A stretch of 64,000 bases of DNA, from NCBI GenBank assembly GCA_964648795.1, contig CAZYMB010000002.1, positions 131,643-195,642 on the forward strand, read 5' to 3'. This DNA comes from an uncultured Acidimicrobiaceae bacterium. GTDB taxonomy: Bacteria > Actinomycetota > Acidimicrobiia > Acidimicrobiales > SZUA-35. Below the pieces are notes generated by a model that made no database searches, had not been told where the DNA came from, and was given only the letters and a program-made list of their open reading frames with translations. Below are positions 1 to 9,234 of this stretch, piece by piece (position 1 is the stretch's first letter; every line of letters starts with the position of its first letter). A program made the position numbers and the translations under genes.

Positions 1-1446
1 ATTACTGCCAACGGTAAAGAGATTCTGCCAAGACCGTATGAGAACTGCGTTGTCCTTGGGCTACTCACCGACAAAAAGGGTAAGAAGCTTTCTAAACGTG
101 ACAAGAATTATGCCGACCCGTACTTTTTGATCGACGAATTTGGTGCCGACTCAATACGTTGGGCCATGCTTTCTAATACTGCCCCTGGCCAAGGAACAAA
201 GTTCGATGAAGACAGCCCAAAGCAAGCACTTTCTGAAGTGATCCTAAAAATTTGGAACGTCTATAAGTTCTTTGTTACCTATGCCAATATCGATGGCTGG
301 GATCCAAGTGCTGACCAACCAACACTTAATGAACGCTCTGAGTTAGACCGCTGGATTTACTCTGAGCTAAATGAAACTGTGGCACAAGTTCGTGAAGCTA
401 TGGATTCATACCGTTGGCATCTCGCAACTAGGCGTATTACCAGCTACCTGGATGCGCTCAGTAACTGGTATGTGCGTCGTAGCCGTGACCGATTCTGGGC
501 TAGTGAAGACTCAGTCGACAAACAATCCGCTTACGCTACCCTCTATGAAAATCTGATGGCATCGATTCAGCTCGTCGCACCTTTCATGCCATTTTTCACA
601 GATGAGATCTATGAAAACCTAGTTCATGGAGTCACCGACGCTCCCGAATCAATCCACCTAACTGACTATCCAGATGTTCTCGCAGAGCGAGAAGACAATG
701 ATCTACGTGTCGGCACAAGATTTGTTCGCCAAACAGTCAAGCTAGGTCAAAAACTTCGCGAAGTAGAAAAGCTGAAAGTTAGACAGCCGCTTCGCAAAGC
801 AACAATCGTCAGCTTGAGCTCGGGCAACAAAGTTCACTTCGATCGGTTCAAACAAGTAATCTCAGAAGAACTCAACGTAATTGACTCTGATTTTACAGAC
901 GAAGCCGCTGAATACGTAAGCTTCGAAGTGCTACCGAACTTCGGTGTACTTGGACCCAAACTTCGCGAAGACCTTCCAAAAGCAAAGCAGGCTCTAGCCA
1001 ACCTAGATGGCTCGGCTGCCTATGCACAGCTAGAGCAAGAGTCCAAACTCACTTTGACACTCGATGGTGGTAAAGAAATAGAATTGACTAATGACGAAGT
1101 ACAGGTTCGGATCCAACCAATCGAAGGGCTCGTGGCAGAGTCAAGTGGAGACGTCGTTGTGATCTTAGATACAGACCTTGATCAGGAACTACTGGATATG
1201 GGTCTTGCTCGTGAGCTCGTCAACCGCATCCAAGGAACCAGACGGGATCTAGACCTTGATTACACTGCGCGCATCACGGTTAACTACTCAACCGAGCACC
1301 CGAGAATGGCCCAGGTGATAGAAAACCATGGCGACTATATTCGTACCGAAACGCTAACTACGGAACTATCACCATCGACTGCAGGAAGCGTGACCACAGA
1401 AATAGACGGTCATGACTTTAGCTACACCATTGAGGTCAACAGTTAG
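1..1446 (+). CDS. ileS: Isoleucyl-tRNA synthetase, C-terminal part (5' end outside window)
   Basis: Frame 1 is open from base 1 (ITANGKEILPRPYENCVV...). Contains GKKLSKRDKNYADP, a KMSKS-loop variant of the kind I recall from eukaryote-like (type 2) IleRS, followed by ADSIRWAMLS and a long C-terminal anticodon-binding region. Confidence 0.9.
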   Translation: MTANGKEILPRPYENCVVLGLLTDKKGKKLSKRDKNYADPYFLIDEFGADSIRWAMLSNTAPGQGTKFDEDSPKQALSEVILKIWNVYKFFVTYANIDGWDPSADQPTLNERSELDRWIYSELNETVAQVREAMDSYRWHLATRRITSYLDALSNWYVRRSRDRFWASEDSVDKQSAYATLYENLMASIQLVAPFMPFFTDEIYENLVHGVTDAPESIHLTDYPDVLAEREDNDLRVGTRFVRQTVKLGQKLREVEKLKVRQPLRKATIVSLSSGNKVHFDRFKQVISEELNVIDSDFTDEAAEYVSFEVLPNFGVLGPKLREDLPKAKQALANLDGSAAYAQLEQESKLTLTLDGGKEIELTNDEVQVRIQPIEGLVAESSGDVVVILDTDLDQELLDMGLARELVNRIQGTRRDLDLDYTARITVNYSTEHPRMAQVIENHGDYIRTETLTTELSPSTAGSVTTEIDGHDFSYTIEVNS

Positions 1447-1452
1447 CACGAG

Positions 1453-2238
1453 TTACGCCAAAGCTGTAAGCAAAGCTAAGCCCAGTCTGCCAATGATCAA
1501 AAGCGCAATGGTGACTGTTGCCGCTATCGCCCATGGCGAATCAACATATCCACTCAAAGCAAATAAGTGTCGCAGGTCATTGCCAAGCACTGGGACTGGT
1601 ACGTCACTTCCATTAGAAGCTAAACCAGTGAAGGTTCTAAGCTTAAAGATGAACTCATCTCGACGAGCTGGTGAGAAAACCAAAATTACACCGCTTTGTT
1701 TGTCTCTAACTGCAACCCAGCTATTGCCAGAATCTCGGCCCACTACCCCACCGTAAATCTTTATTTGGCCTTGCCCACGTGTGTAAGAAAGACCATGCTG
1801 AAATGAGCGAAGAGCTGAGGACTCGAACAGGGTTTCCGCCGGCCAAATACCAAAAGAAGTATCAAGGCTAGAAAGCTCCACTTTCTTTCCGCCAACCCGA
1901 ATCGTCGTCGAAGTAACTTTAAGACTCGAAGCAATTCGTACTACTAAGAATATTCCTGCAACAAACGCAATCACTAACGCCGCAGCAGCGGGCACGTTTG
2001 GCAACGCCCTGCTTACAACAGCTACTGCAATCGCGAGACCAACCAGGCTGGCGATCCAAGCAATGTTGATTCCAGCTTTGTCAACATATAAGGTCTCGTT
2101 GGCATCTAAGACGACTTGTGGCTCCACGTTCGGCTGCGCTACTACTAGTTGTGTCTTTAAATGTTCCACCGTCAATGCCCTCTGATTTGTCTCTATATAT
2201 AAGGCTATGTCAGTTACCCAGAGACTGATATAGCCCAT
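1453..2238 (-). CDS. Hypothetical membrane protein
   Basis: 261-aa ORF with two central hydrophobic helices (IAWIASLVGLAIAVAVV, AALVIAFVAGIFLVV) and a C-terminal helix. Tightly packed between ileS and the glycosyltransferase. No motif recognised. Confidence 0.5.
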   Translation of the reverse strand: MGYISLWVTDIALYIETNQRALTVEHLKTQLVVAQPNVEPQVVLDANETLYVDKAGINIAWIASLVGLAIAVAVVSRALPNVPAAAALVIAFVAGIFLVVRIASSLKVTSTTIRVGGKKVELSSLDTSFGIWPAETLFESSALRSFQHGLSYTRGQGQIKIYGGVVGRDSGNSWVAVRDKQSGVILVFSPARRDEFIFKLRTFTGLASNGSDVPVPVLGNDLRHLFALSGYVDSPWAIAATVTIALLIIGRLGLALLTALA

Positions 2239-2243
2239 TAGGC

Positions 2244-3287
2244 CTATCTAGCAGCGTTAGCGTATATCTCTTCGTAAGCCGAAACCATTGCCGAGGCTGA
2301 AAAACGCTCACAGATGTTACGGCGACATGCCTCTGCATCCAGTTTCTCCACGGCTTCGGCGGCTTCAACAAATTCGTGTGTTTCATTGACGACGAACCCA
2401 GTCTCGCCGTGTTTCACAAGCTCAGAAGTCGAACCATAGTCGAAGGTAACAACGGGTGTTCCACAGGCCTGTGCTTCGGCCATAACAATACCGAATGGTT
2501 CATCCCACTGGATCGGGTTTAGAAGCCCTTTAGCTTTTGACAGCAACTCCATTTTCTCATTCGAGTAGAACCCAACCTCACCCACGTACTCGACGTTAGT
2601 TGAGAGTTGTGGCTTCACATATTCGTCGAAGTAATCTCGCTCTGCGGGCTCGTTGATCTTGCCCGCAAGATACAGTGGCACACCCAGCTTGTTGGCAACT
2701 TCGCATGCAATATGTGGTCCCTTCTCCGGGCAGAACCTGCCTAGAAATGAGTAGAAGTTTTCTTTGTTTTCTACAAACGGATACTTTGCTAGATCTAAAC
2801 CGTTGTAGACAACGTGATCAACCTGAAGCATCGGGTAAGTAGAGCGTTGATACTCCGAGATTGAAACAAACTTAGTCTTTGAGTCGCTCAACTGTTCAAA
2901 GAAGACACCGTGGGGAGCGTTAGAAGTTCCGTGAAGGGTATGAACAACTGGTATGTCAATAAACTCAGCGCAGAGTAACCCGTCTTTCCAGGTATGGTCC
3001 GCAATCACATCGAAGTCGCCATTTTCGATTTCCTTGTATGCATACATAACGTTGGCGATACTTGTCGACAAAAACGGCGATGGCGGAGCATCTAGATAGC
3101 TGAGCTGACCGAAATCAAACAGAGCCAGTTTGTTTGCCTTAGTCTGTGAATCCTCGACGGTAAACACTGTTACATCGTGGCCTTTATCTACTAGCCCATC
3201 AACAAGTAGCTCGGCTACGGATTCAATGCCCCCATAGTTCTTGGGAGGCATAGGTATCCATGGCGGCAAAACAACGGCGATTCGCAT
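2244..3287 (-). CDS. Glycosyltransferase, GT4/GT-B fold family
   Basis: N-terminal YGGIESV and C-terminal EPFGIVMAEAQACGTPVV...GETGF, the typical Glycos_transf_1 signature (E-x7-E region). Confidence 0.85.
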   Translation of the reverse strand: MRIAVVLPPWIPMPPKNYGGIESVAELLVDGLVDKGHDVTVFTVEDSQTKANKLALFDFGQLSYLDAPPSPFLSTSIANVMYAYKEIENGDFDVIADHTWKDGLLCAEFIDIPVVHTLHGTSNAPHGVFFEQLSDSKTKFVSISEYQRSTYPMLQVDHVVYNGLDLAKYPFVENKENFYSFLGRFCPEKGPHIACEVANKLGVPLYLAGKINEPAERDYFDEYVKPQLSTNVEYVGEVGFYSNEKMELLSKAKGLLNPIQWDEPFGIVMAEAQACGTPVVTFDYGSTSELVKHGETGFVVNETHEFVEAAEAVEKLDAEACRRNICERFSASAMVSAYEEIYANAAR

Positions 3288-3358
3288 CCAATCAGACTAG
3301 TACAATGTATCAAGACGGCCATCTGGGGTTACCCTTAAGTAAGACAAAGGCGGCCACT

Positions 3359-3634
3359 ATGAGCGACATACATAAAGCTATTTCAGCTATTGCTAGCTTC
3401 ACAAGCAACGAAGCAAAAAATTACTACCCGCTGCTTAACCGAAGACAAGCAGAAGTTCTCATCAACTACCTCATATCAGCAACTAGTCGAGGTGGGATAG
3501 AGGAAACATTAACTCAAGATCAAAGAGGCATTGCCAGAGCCCATGCTGCAAAGTTTAAACGAATGCATCCCAACAACCGTTTAGGCTTTCCAGCGAACCC
3601 ATCGGAAGCTAGACGAATTTTAAACTCTTTGTAA
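3359..3634 (+). CDS. Hypothetical small protein (start uncertain: 3305 or 3359)
   Basis: ORF 3260-3634. The first 28 nt overlap the divergent glycosyltransferase start, so an internal ATG is more plausible. No motif recognised. Confidence 0.35.
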   Translation: MSDIHKAISAIASFTSNEAKNYYPLLNRRQAEVLINYLISATSRGGIEETLTQDQRGIARAHAAKFKRMHPNNRLGFPANPSEARRILNSL

Positions 3635-3635
3635 A

Positions 3636-4583
3636 CTAAGCTTCGACGCCTAGTTCGAGTCCTTCAGCTTCAGCTGATGCAATCAGGTCTGCGCCAAGGT
3701 CATCTCTAGTTAAATCAATATCAACAGCTGACTCTTTGATTAGGTGAACTGAAACTTCTGGGTCAGCGGTCACAAGCAAAGTCTTTCTTACCGACGGAGT
3801 CTTCGCTGCTACTGAGAGCATCTCTCCTGCGACCTTAACAAGTAGGTGAGCTTGCGCTGGGTCAGAGATTGGTTCTAACTGCCAATCAATTACTGTGTCT
3901 GCTCCAACTTCTTCTCTTAACGATGCAGCCTCAACTTCGACACATAGTCTCGCAAGATTTTCCGAATCATCAAACGGACTTTCGTCTGACATTGGATTGA
4001 CAGAAACATTTGTTCTCCACAAACGCTCACTGCGCAAACACTCAAGACGCCACAGCGACTCTGAACGCTCAGTTGGCCCATCAAAGTTTTCAGTCTCTAC
4101 GTCTGGCTCTTGCAGACTATCAACCTCGGTTACGGGCGCTAACTCAGGGGCTGCATATACGGGCTCGACTATAAGGTCAACAAACTTTCGTTCTGTTGTA
4201 GCCAAATTAGTCTCGGCATTAATAACTCGTCTACGTATCCCACCAAGTTCTCTACGCAATAATGTCTGGTGTCGAACCGCTCGATACATCGAGGCTCGGC
4301 TCATGCTGAATCCGGATTGAAGCTGCGAGTTTGCACGATTTGCGGAGTCAAGCTGACCCTGCAGATCTTTGGCCTTACTTGAAGAGTTCATCTGCTTGCG
4401 GCGCCACTGGGATGCTTCGTCAACTGCCTCTTCGGTTAGGCCTCTTTGTTTAAATAGTAAGATAGCTAACAGAAGAGAAACTAAACATGCGATCAAAAGG
4501 GCGAGAATCACAAATATAAAGATAGCATCTTTGACCTTGTACTTACTCTTAAAAACGCCATAGGTTGATGTGTAAATATACAT
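3636..4583 (-). CDS. Hypothetical N-terminally membrane-anchored protein with coiled-coil region
   Basis: The longest ORF (to 4616) would overlap tRNA-Arg, so the internal Met (MYIYTSTYG...) at 4583 is used. One TM (AIFIFVILALLIACLVSLLLAILLF), then a Q/R-rich helical segment. Confidence 0.5.
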   Translation of the reverse strand: MYIYTSTYGVFKSKYKVKDAIFIFVILALLIACLVSLLLAILLFKQRGLTEEAVDEASQWRRKQMNSSSKAKDLQGQLDSANRANSQLQSGFSMSRASMYRAVRHQTLLRRELGGIRRRVINAETNLATTERKFVDLIVEPVYAAPELAPVTEVDSLQEPDVETENFDGPTERSESLWRLECLRSERLWRTNVSVNPMSDESPFDDSENLARLCVEVEAASLREEVGADTVIDWQLEPISDPAQAHLLVKVAGEMLSVAAKTPSVRKTLLVTADPEVSVHLIKESAVDIDLTRDDLGADLIASAEAEGLELGVEA

Positions 4584-4601
4584 GTCTACAATGATTGGTC
4601 T

Positions 4602-4675
4602 GCACCCGTAGCTCAACTGGATAGAGCGTCTGACTACGAATCAGGAGGTTCGGGGTTCGAATCCCTGCGGGTGCG
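4602..4675 (+). tRNA. tRNA-Arg (anticodon ACG)
   Basis: Hand-folded cloverleaf: acceptor GCACCCG/CGGGTGC, D-arm GCTC..GAGC, anticodon stem TCTGA/TCAGG with loop CTACGAA, T-arm CGGGG-TTCGAAT-CCCTG, discriminator G. Confidence 0.9.
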
Positions 4676-4877
4676 CTTTTCTTCTCCCCATAAAATACGC
4701 AAAAAAATGCTCGACAAATGGGCTCTGTGTCGTTAAGATCCGATTGTCGGGTGGAGCTGACTTGCCGTAAGGCCTTCTTTAGCGTGCGCTTTTATGTAGC
4801 AGCTTTGGGTAAAAACCCATGTTTAGCTCTATTAATGAAGTTTTCGCCGATAGGAGCCTCAAGGTTTGGAGGCCGAA

Positions 4878-5141
4878 ATGCCAAAACAATGGATGTACAC
4901 AATCGTATTACTGTTTGTTCTCTTCCTCATTTACGCTGACCCATCTGGGGCAGGAGAGTTCGCCGGAAGTTTCTTCGGGCTACTAGGAAGACTGGGCGCA
5001 GGAATAGTAACCTTCTTCCAAAATGCAGCTAGTAACGCTGACGCACCTGACCTAGTTCAGAACGCAATTACAACAACGACCCTCGACCTAGATTTCAACG
5101 GCTTAAATGCTGGTCAAGATCTTGGACCATCCTCTAACTAA
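4878..5141 (+). CDS. Hypothetical small membrane/secreted protein
   Basis: ATG preceded by GGAGG. N-terminal hydrophobic helix (WMYTIVLLFVLFLIYA). Confidence 0.45.
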   Translation: MPKQWMYTIVLLFVLFLIYADPSGAGEFAGSFFGLLGRLGAGIVTFFQNAASNADAPDLVQNAITTTTLDLDFNGLNAGQDLGPSSN

Positions 5142-5159
5142 TCACTTAGGTATGACCCT

Positions 5160-5906
5160 ATGACGCAAGCTAGCGCATCTTTTGGCGACGACTTTCTAGC
5201 CATTGAGAAAGCTGGCCTTAAACGTCGTAGACCTCGAGGGCTTCGGACACTGTTTGTCCCTCTGCAAGAGTCGGAAATCCTTGTTCGCGACGAAGTTGTT
5301 CTATACAAAGAACGCAAGCACTGGTTCTCTCTCGCAGAGCCTGTATTTACCGCATTTGTTCTTATATGCGCACTAGCGATAATAACCTTTGGACTCGTAC
5401 CAACCACAAGCTTCGGAGTGGCCTTTGTAGGGTTTACCTTCGTGTTTGCCATCTGGTTTACACATCGCAAGATTAAAGACTGGTCTAAGCCCGCGCTATA
5501 CACCCTCGGAGTACTCGCCTTCTTCGCCCTCACCGAAGCAGCCCTCGACAGCCTCGCATTCCTAGCGATGGCTGTCATCTTGTTAAAACTGTTCTTCGAA
5601 CTGAGCAGAGCCTATTGGCGCACTATGTACCTAACGAATAGACGTGTGTTAATGGCAGAGAGCCCATGGTCACGAGACATCTCCTCTGTAGCCCTGGGGC
5701 GAATCACCGACATAAGCATCCACCAGACACACACTGGCGGGTTCTTTGGCTACTCTCACCTCAAAGTGGAGACAGCTGGACAGGATCAGGCACTAAAGCA
5801 TGTCGACTTCCTACGGTACCCTGACGACTTCTATCAAAGCCTAATTACGCTGTCTACCGGCGAAGCTAACCTCGAGAAGTTCTTCAAATCTGAAGACGAC
5901 GCCTAG
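5160..5906 (+). CDS. Membrane protein with bacterial PH (bPH_2-like) domain
   Basis: Several TM helices, followed by YLTNRRVLMAESPWSRDISSVALGRITDISIHQTHTGGFFGYSHLKVETAG. This resembles the bacterial PH-domain pattern of YdbS/YdbT-like proteins. Confidence 0.6.
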   Translation: MTQASASFGDDFLAIEKAGLKRRRPRGLRTLFVPLQESEILVRDEVVLYKERKHWFSLAEPVFTAFVLICALAIITFGLVPTTSFGVAFVGFTFVFAIWFTHRKIKDWSKPALYTLGVLAFFALTEAALDSLAFLAMAVILLKLFFELSRAYWRTMYLTNRRVLMAESPWSRDISSVALGRITDISIHQTHTGGFFGYSHLKVETAGQDQALKHVDFLRYPDDFYQSLITLSTGEANLEKFFKSEDDA

Positions 5907-6031
5907 AAACTCCCAGGGGTGTAAAAATCTAGCTTCAAGGTAGGATAATCGGGGCAGAGAAAGTATCTCTCTCATCATTTGTGTGGGCCATCCCGACGCC
6001 AGTGGGGATCCAAACTAAACAAGGATTTGTT

Positions 6032-6268
6032 ATGTCTAACATTTGTCAGGTAACAGGTAAAAAACCAAGCTTTGGTAATAGCATTTCTCACTCGCACAGA
6101 GTGACTAAGCGTCGTTGGAACCCAAACATCCAGAAGCAACGCTTCTATCTTCCGTCTGAGAAGCGATGGGTCTCGCTTACTGTGAGCGCCAAAGGAATTA
6201 AGACCATCAACAAGCGTGGTATCGAGTCCGTTGTAGCAGAGCTACGTAACCGTGGAGAAAAGGTCTAA
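6032..6268 (+). CDS. rpmB: 50S ribosomal protein L28
   Basis: [34 protein letters not shown]... is the canonical L28 N-terminus. The internal ATG is chosen over the 5981 ORF start. Confidence 0.93.
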   Translation: MSNICQVTGKKPSFGNSISHSHRVTKRRWNPNIQKQRFYLPSEKRWVSLTVSAKGIKTINKRGIESVVAELRNRGEKV

Positions 6269-6435
6269 TGGCTAAAGGTTCCGATAAACGTCCAGTAGTT
6301 AAGCTACGTTCAACAGCTGGCACAGGCCACATGTATGTGACTACAAAGAACAAAGTCAACACACGAGAGCGCCTTGAGCTAAAGAAGTTCGACCCTGTAG
6401 CGCGCAAGCACGTTACCTACAAAGAAGAACGCTAA
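6268..6435 (+). CDS. rpmG: 50S ribosomal protein L33 (Cys-less form)
   Basis: Not in the ORF track (55 aa). My own translation is [55 protein letters not shown]. Its ATG overlaps the rpmB stop (TAATG). There are no CxxC pairs. Confidence 0.9.
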   Translation: MAKGSDKRPVVKLRSTAGTGHMYVTTKNKVNTRERLELKKFDPVARKHVTYKEER

Positions 6436-6557
6436 GCCTCAAAGTTATCGCAACTCATTCTAGTTGCTAAACTAATTTGCGTACTCGGAATACTGTGTTC
6501 GTCTAGTAGGTTTGAAATTACCCTGAGCAATCGCTCAATCAAACCTGAAAGGCAATA

Positions 6558-7205
6558 ATGACACTTGCATCTGCACTAGAGGCACAAGTAGAAGGCTTCA
6601 AAGAAGTAGCTCCGTTGGAAGTAATAGAACTAGCAGGAGCCAAAACGCAAGAACTTGCAGAATCTGGAATCGTTGAACAAACACCACAAGTCGGTGATGT
6701 ACTTAAAGACTTCGAACTTCCGAATGCTCAGGGCGAAAACCGCTCGTTAACTGACTTGCGTGCCGATGGCCCAGTAGTTATCACTTTCTACCGCGGCGGT
6801 TGGTGCCCATACTGCAACCTAGAACTAAATGCTTGGCAAGAACAACTAGCAGAAGTCAAAGCTGCTGGAGCAACCCTTGTTGCTATCACTCCAGAGCTTC
6901 CCGATTCATCGTTAACGACCGCAGAGAAAAACAATCTAGAGTTTGAGGTTCTAACTGATAAAGACAGTGCCTACATCAAACAGCTAGGCCTTGTTTTCAC
7001 GCTCGCTGAAGAGCTTCGGCCAGCATACGAGGGCTTTGGAATCGATATCGCCAAGCACAACGGTAACGACACATTCGAGCTACCACTAGCTGCTACATAC
7101 GTGGTTAACACTCAGGGCGAAATCGTAAGCGCATGGGCTGACGCCGACTACACAAAGCGTCAAGAACCTAGCGAGGTAGTAGAAATCTTGAAAGGTCTTA
7201 ACTAA
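6558..7205 (+). CDS. Peroxiredoxin-like thiol-disulfide oxidoreductase (AhpC/TSA family)
   Basis: Thioredoxin-fold motif VVITFYRGGWCPYCNLEL. Confidence 0.75.
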   Translation: MTLASALEAQVEGFKEVAPLEVIELAGAKTQELAESGIVEQTPQVGDVLKDFELPNAQGENRSLTDLRADGPVVITFYRGGWCPYCNLELNAWQEQLAEVKAAGATLVAITPELPDSSLTTAEKNNLEFEVLTDKDSAYIKQLGLVFTLAEELRPAYEGFGIDIAKHNGNDTFELPLAATYVVNTQGEIVSAWADADYTKRQEPSEVVEILKGLN

Positions 7206-7223
7206 CAAACTCTTCAGGGACCG

Positions 7224-7274
7224 CGAAAACGAGTTGTGCGCAGGCCATAGGGATCTGCGCACAACTCGTTTTCG
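7224..7274. terminator. Perfect 20-bp-stem hairpin between convergent genes (bidirectional terminator candidate)
   Basis: cgaaaacgagttgtgcgcag (7224-7243) / 11-nt loop / ctgcgcacaactcgttttcg (7255-7274). A/T runs lie on both flanks. Confidence 0.75.
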
Positions 7275-7313
7275 AATTACATTCACGCCTCGACTGCCGA
7301 ACGTCCTAATTTG

Positions 7314-7976
7314 CTAAGTATTTCTAAAAATCATCAACGGTTCGGTGCCAATGAAAGATACCTTATCTCCATCTACTACTACAGCAGCATCATCGGCAAT
7401 ACCGTAGATTGGAACATTTGGCTGGGACCCGAAAGTACGTCTTAGTTCTTCATTAGTACTTGGATAACCTATCCGATCAACATGAGGGCAAATGCCGAAG
7501 TCAACCAACTCAAGATATGAATCGATCCCGTATTCATTCCCATCAGTCAGCTCCGTTTCAGAAACCAGCACAGGAGTTCGATGGCCAAGGACCATGGAGC
7601 CAGCCGAACTGCCTACCCAAACCTTTGTTTCCAAAGTATCTCTGATCGAAGTGTCAAAGCCTGTGTCTATAAATGTTCTCATCAAGAAGTCCGTATGACC
7701 ACCAACACAATAGATTGCATCACAGTCTGCCATCTTGTCTACAACCTGGTCCGAGCTCAATGCTCTCAGGTTCACTAACTCAACTGGACCACCAAATTTG
7801 GTGGCTATAGCATTCAGTTGCATGATGACCCAGCGCTTGTCCCCCGGCTCTCCCGGATAGGCTTCGTTGATAACTGCAAATGAAATCTCGCTGGCCGGTT
7901 TACCTACAAGCTCAATACAAGCATCTACAATTTCTTGAGTTGGAAATCCACCCTCTGATGTAAGTAGCAATCGCAT
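7314..7976 (-). CDS. Peptidase family S51 (dipeptidase E-like)
   Basis: Motifs IYCVGGHTDFLMRTF and VWVGSSAGSMVLG (nucleophile Ser in a GSSAG context). Confidence 0.75.
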   Translation of the reverse strand: MRLLLTSEGGFPTQEIVDACIELVGKPASEISFAVINEAYPGEPGDKRWVIMQLNAIATKFGGPVELVNLRALSSDQVVDKMADCDAIYCVGGHTDFLMRTFIDTGFDTSIRDTLETKVWVGSSAGSMVLGHRTPVLVSETELTDGNEYGIDSYLELVDFGICPHVDRIGYPSTNEELRRTFGSQPNVPIYGIADDAAVVVDGDKVSFIGTEPLMIFRNT

Positions 7977-8055
7977 AGTCCAAGATTACACAAAGTGAAG
8001 GTTGCGCTTTCGGTCAATCTGAAAATTAGTCGGCAAAGCACTTCCGGTAAAAACA

Positions 8056-8088
8056 GTTGTGCGCAGACTGTATTAGCCTGCGCACAAC
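8056..8088. terminator. Hairpin downstream of the sigma-factor gene with the same 11-bp stem as the 7224-7274 hairpin
   Basis: gttgtgcgcag (8056-8066) / 11-nt loop / ctgcgcacaac (8078-8088). Confidence 0.6.
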
Positions 8089-8114
8089 CATGGTATTAGA
8101 TTAGATTTGTTGTT

Positions 8115-9074
8115 CTATTGTTTTCGAACAGCTGAACTTGCCAACTTGCGAACCGGGATGAAAGGCTCTTCGGGGATTTGATACTCATCATCCCAAGTTG
8201 TAAGTCGCTCATGCCAATCAGAAGCCGTTCCAATTGAGTCAGAGAATGCTGCTCTTCGTTTAGCTACTTTGCCCACAGGTTTATCAGAATCATCTTCAAT
8301 TGTGTATTGAGCTTCGATACCAAGCTTTAGTGCTTGCAGGGCCTCACTTCGAAGTTGAGATACTCGAGACTCTGTGACGTTTAGATACTGAGCTAGTTGT
8401 TTAGATGACTTTCCTTCTAGGAAGTAACCGATAATGACTGCTCGTTGGCGTTCTGGCAGAAGCCTTACAGCGTCACGCAGGTAAGAGTGGATCTCTCGGC
8501 CTTCTAGTTCTTCAGTAGGGTCAATGGCCTTTGGGTCACTTAGTACATCAACAAGAGTTAGTTCTTCATCAGATGAGTCATTGGTCTCGTGGTCTAATGC
8601 CAGAACGACAGATCGGAATAGACGGTCTTGGATTCTAGCTAGGTCTGAGCGGGACATTCCCATCTCTTTTGCTGTCTCATGATTCTCAGGAACTCGTCCA
8701 AGTCGAGAAGCTAATTGTTGTTCGGTTGCTTCAAGGCGACGTGCTAGAAGTCGCACAGAGCGTGGTGCCCAGTCTGCTGCTCTCACTGAGTCAAGGATTG
8801 CGCCACGTATTCTTTGAGCGGCAAATCGTTCGAATGGTACGCCTCGTGAAGCGTCAAAGCGACGAGAAGCTTCTACTAGACCAAGCGCTCCAGCTCTTGC
8901 TAGCTCTTCACGATCAACGTGTCTTGGAAAGTGCACCGCTACTTGGAACACCACATGGTTTACTAACTCAACGTTTGCTTCGATACGAGCGTTGATTTCA
9001 GTAAGATCCATTTCTGGTTCCTGAGCGTCAGTCTTGGTTTTGTTTGCTTTGGTTTTATTAGCCACTTTGTTCAC
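8115..9074 (-). CDS. RNA polymerase sigma factor, group 3 FliA/WhiG-like, with C-terminal extension
   Basis: ARAGALGLVEASRRFD (region 2), FAAQRIRGAILDSVRAADWAPRSVR (FliA/WhiG-type 2.4/3 junction), LNVTESRVSQLRSEAL (region 4.2 HTH), then about 75 further residues. Confidence 0.85.
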   Translation of the reverse strand: MNKVANKTKANKTKTDAQEPEMDLTEINARIEANVELVNHVVFQVAVHFPRHVDREELARAGALGLVEASRRFDASRGVPFERFAAQRIRGAILDSVRAADWAPRSVRLLARRLEATEQQLASRLGRVPENHETAKEMGMSRSDLARIQDRLFRSVVLALDHETNDSSDEELTLVDVLSDPKAIDPTEELEGREIHSYLRDAVRLLPERQRAVIIGYFLEGKSSKQLAQYLNVTESRVSQLRSEALQALKLGIEAQYTIEDDSDKPVGKVAKRRAAFSDSIGTASDWHERLTTWDDEYQIPEEPFIPVRKLASSAVRKQ

Positions 9075-9234
9075 CCCGTTGGCCCGGATAATCCGGTTCG
9101 TTTTTGTTAGAACACAGTTAACGACACAAAGTGAGAAAACCTTTAGCGAAAATCTAAAGAAATTTCGTTATCGATAGTAACGGTAAATAAACCTCGCTTC
9201 TTTAGCGAAATAGGCCGGACGGTCTAACCCTGAT

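Noticed and set aside
1412-1756. 114-aa plus-strand ORF overlapping the ileS 3' end and the 1453-2238 minus-strand gene.
   Set aside because: It overlaps two better-supported genes and shows no motif. The compact genome leaves no room for it.
3636-4616. Longest version of the minus-strand ORF, starting at 4616.
   Set aside because: It would run 15 nt into tRNA-Arg (4602-4675). The internal Met at 4583 gives a sensible N-terminal TM protein.
5138-5578. 146-aa minus-strand ORF overlapping the PH-domain membrane protein gene.
   Set aside because: The plus-strand ORF has coherent TM helices and a bPH-like motif. The minus-strand product is an R/S/T-rich shadow frame.
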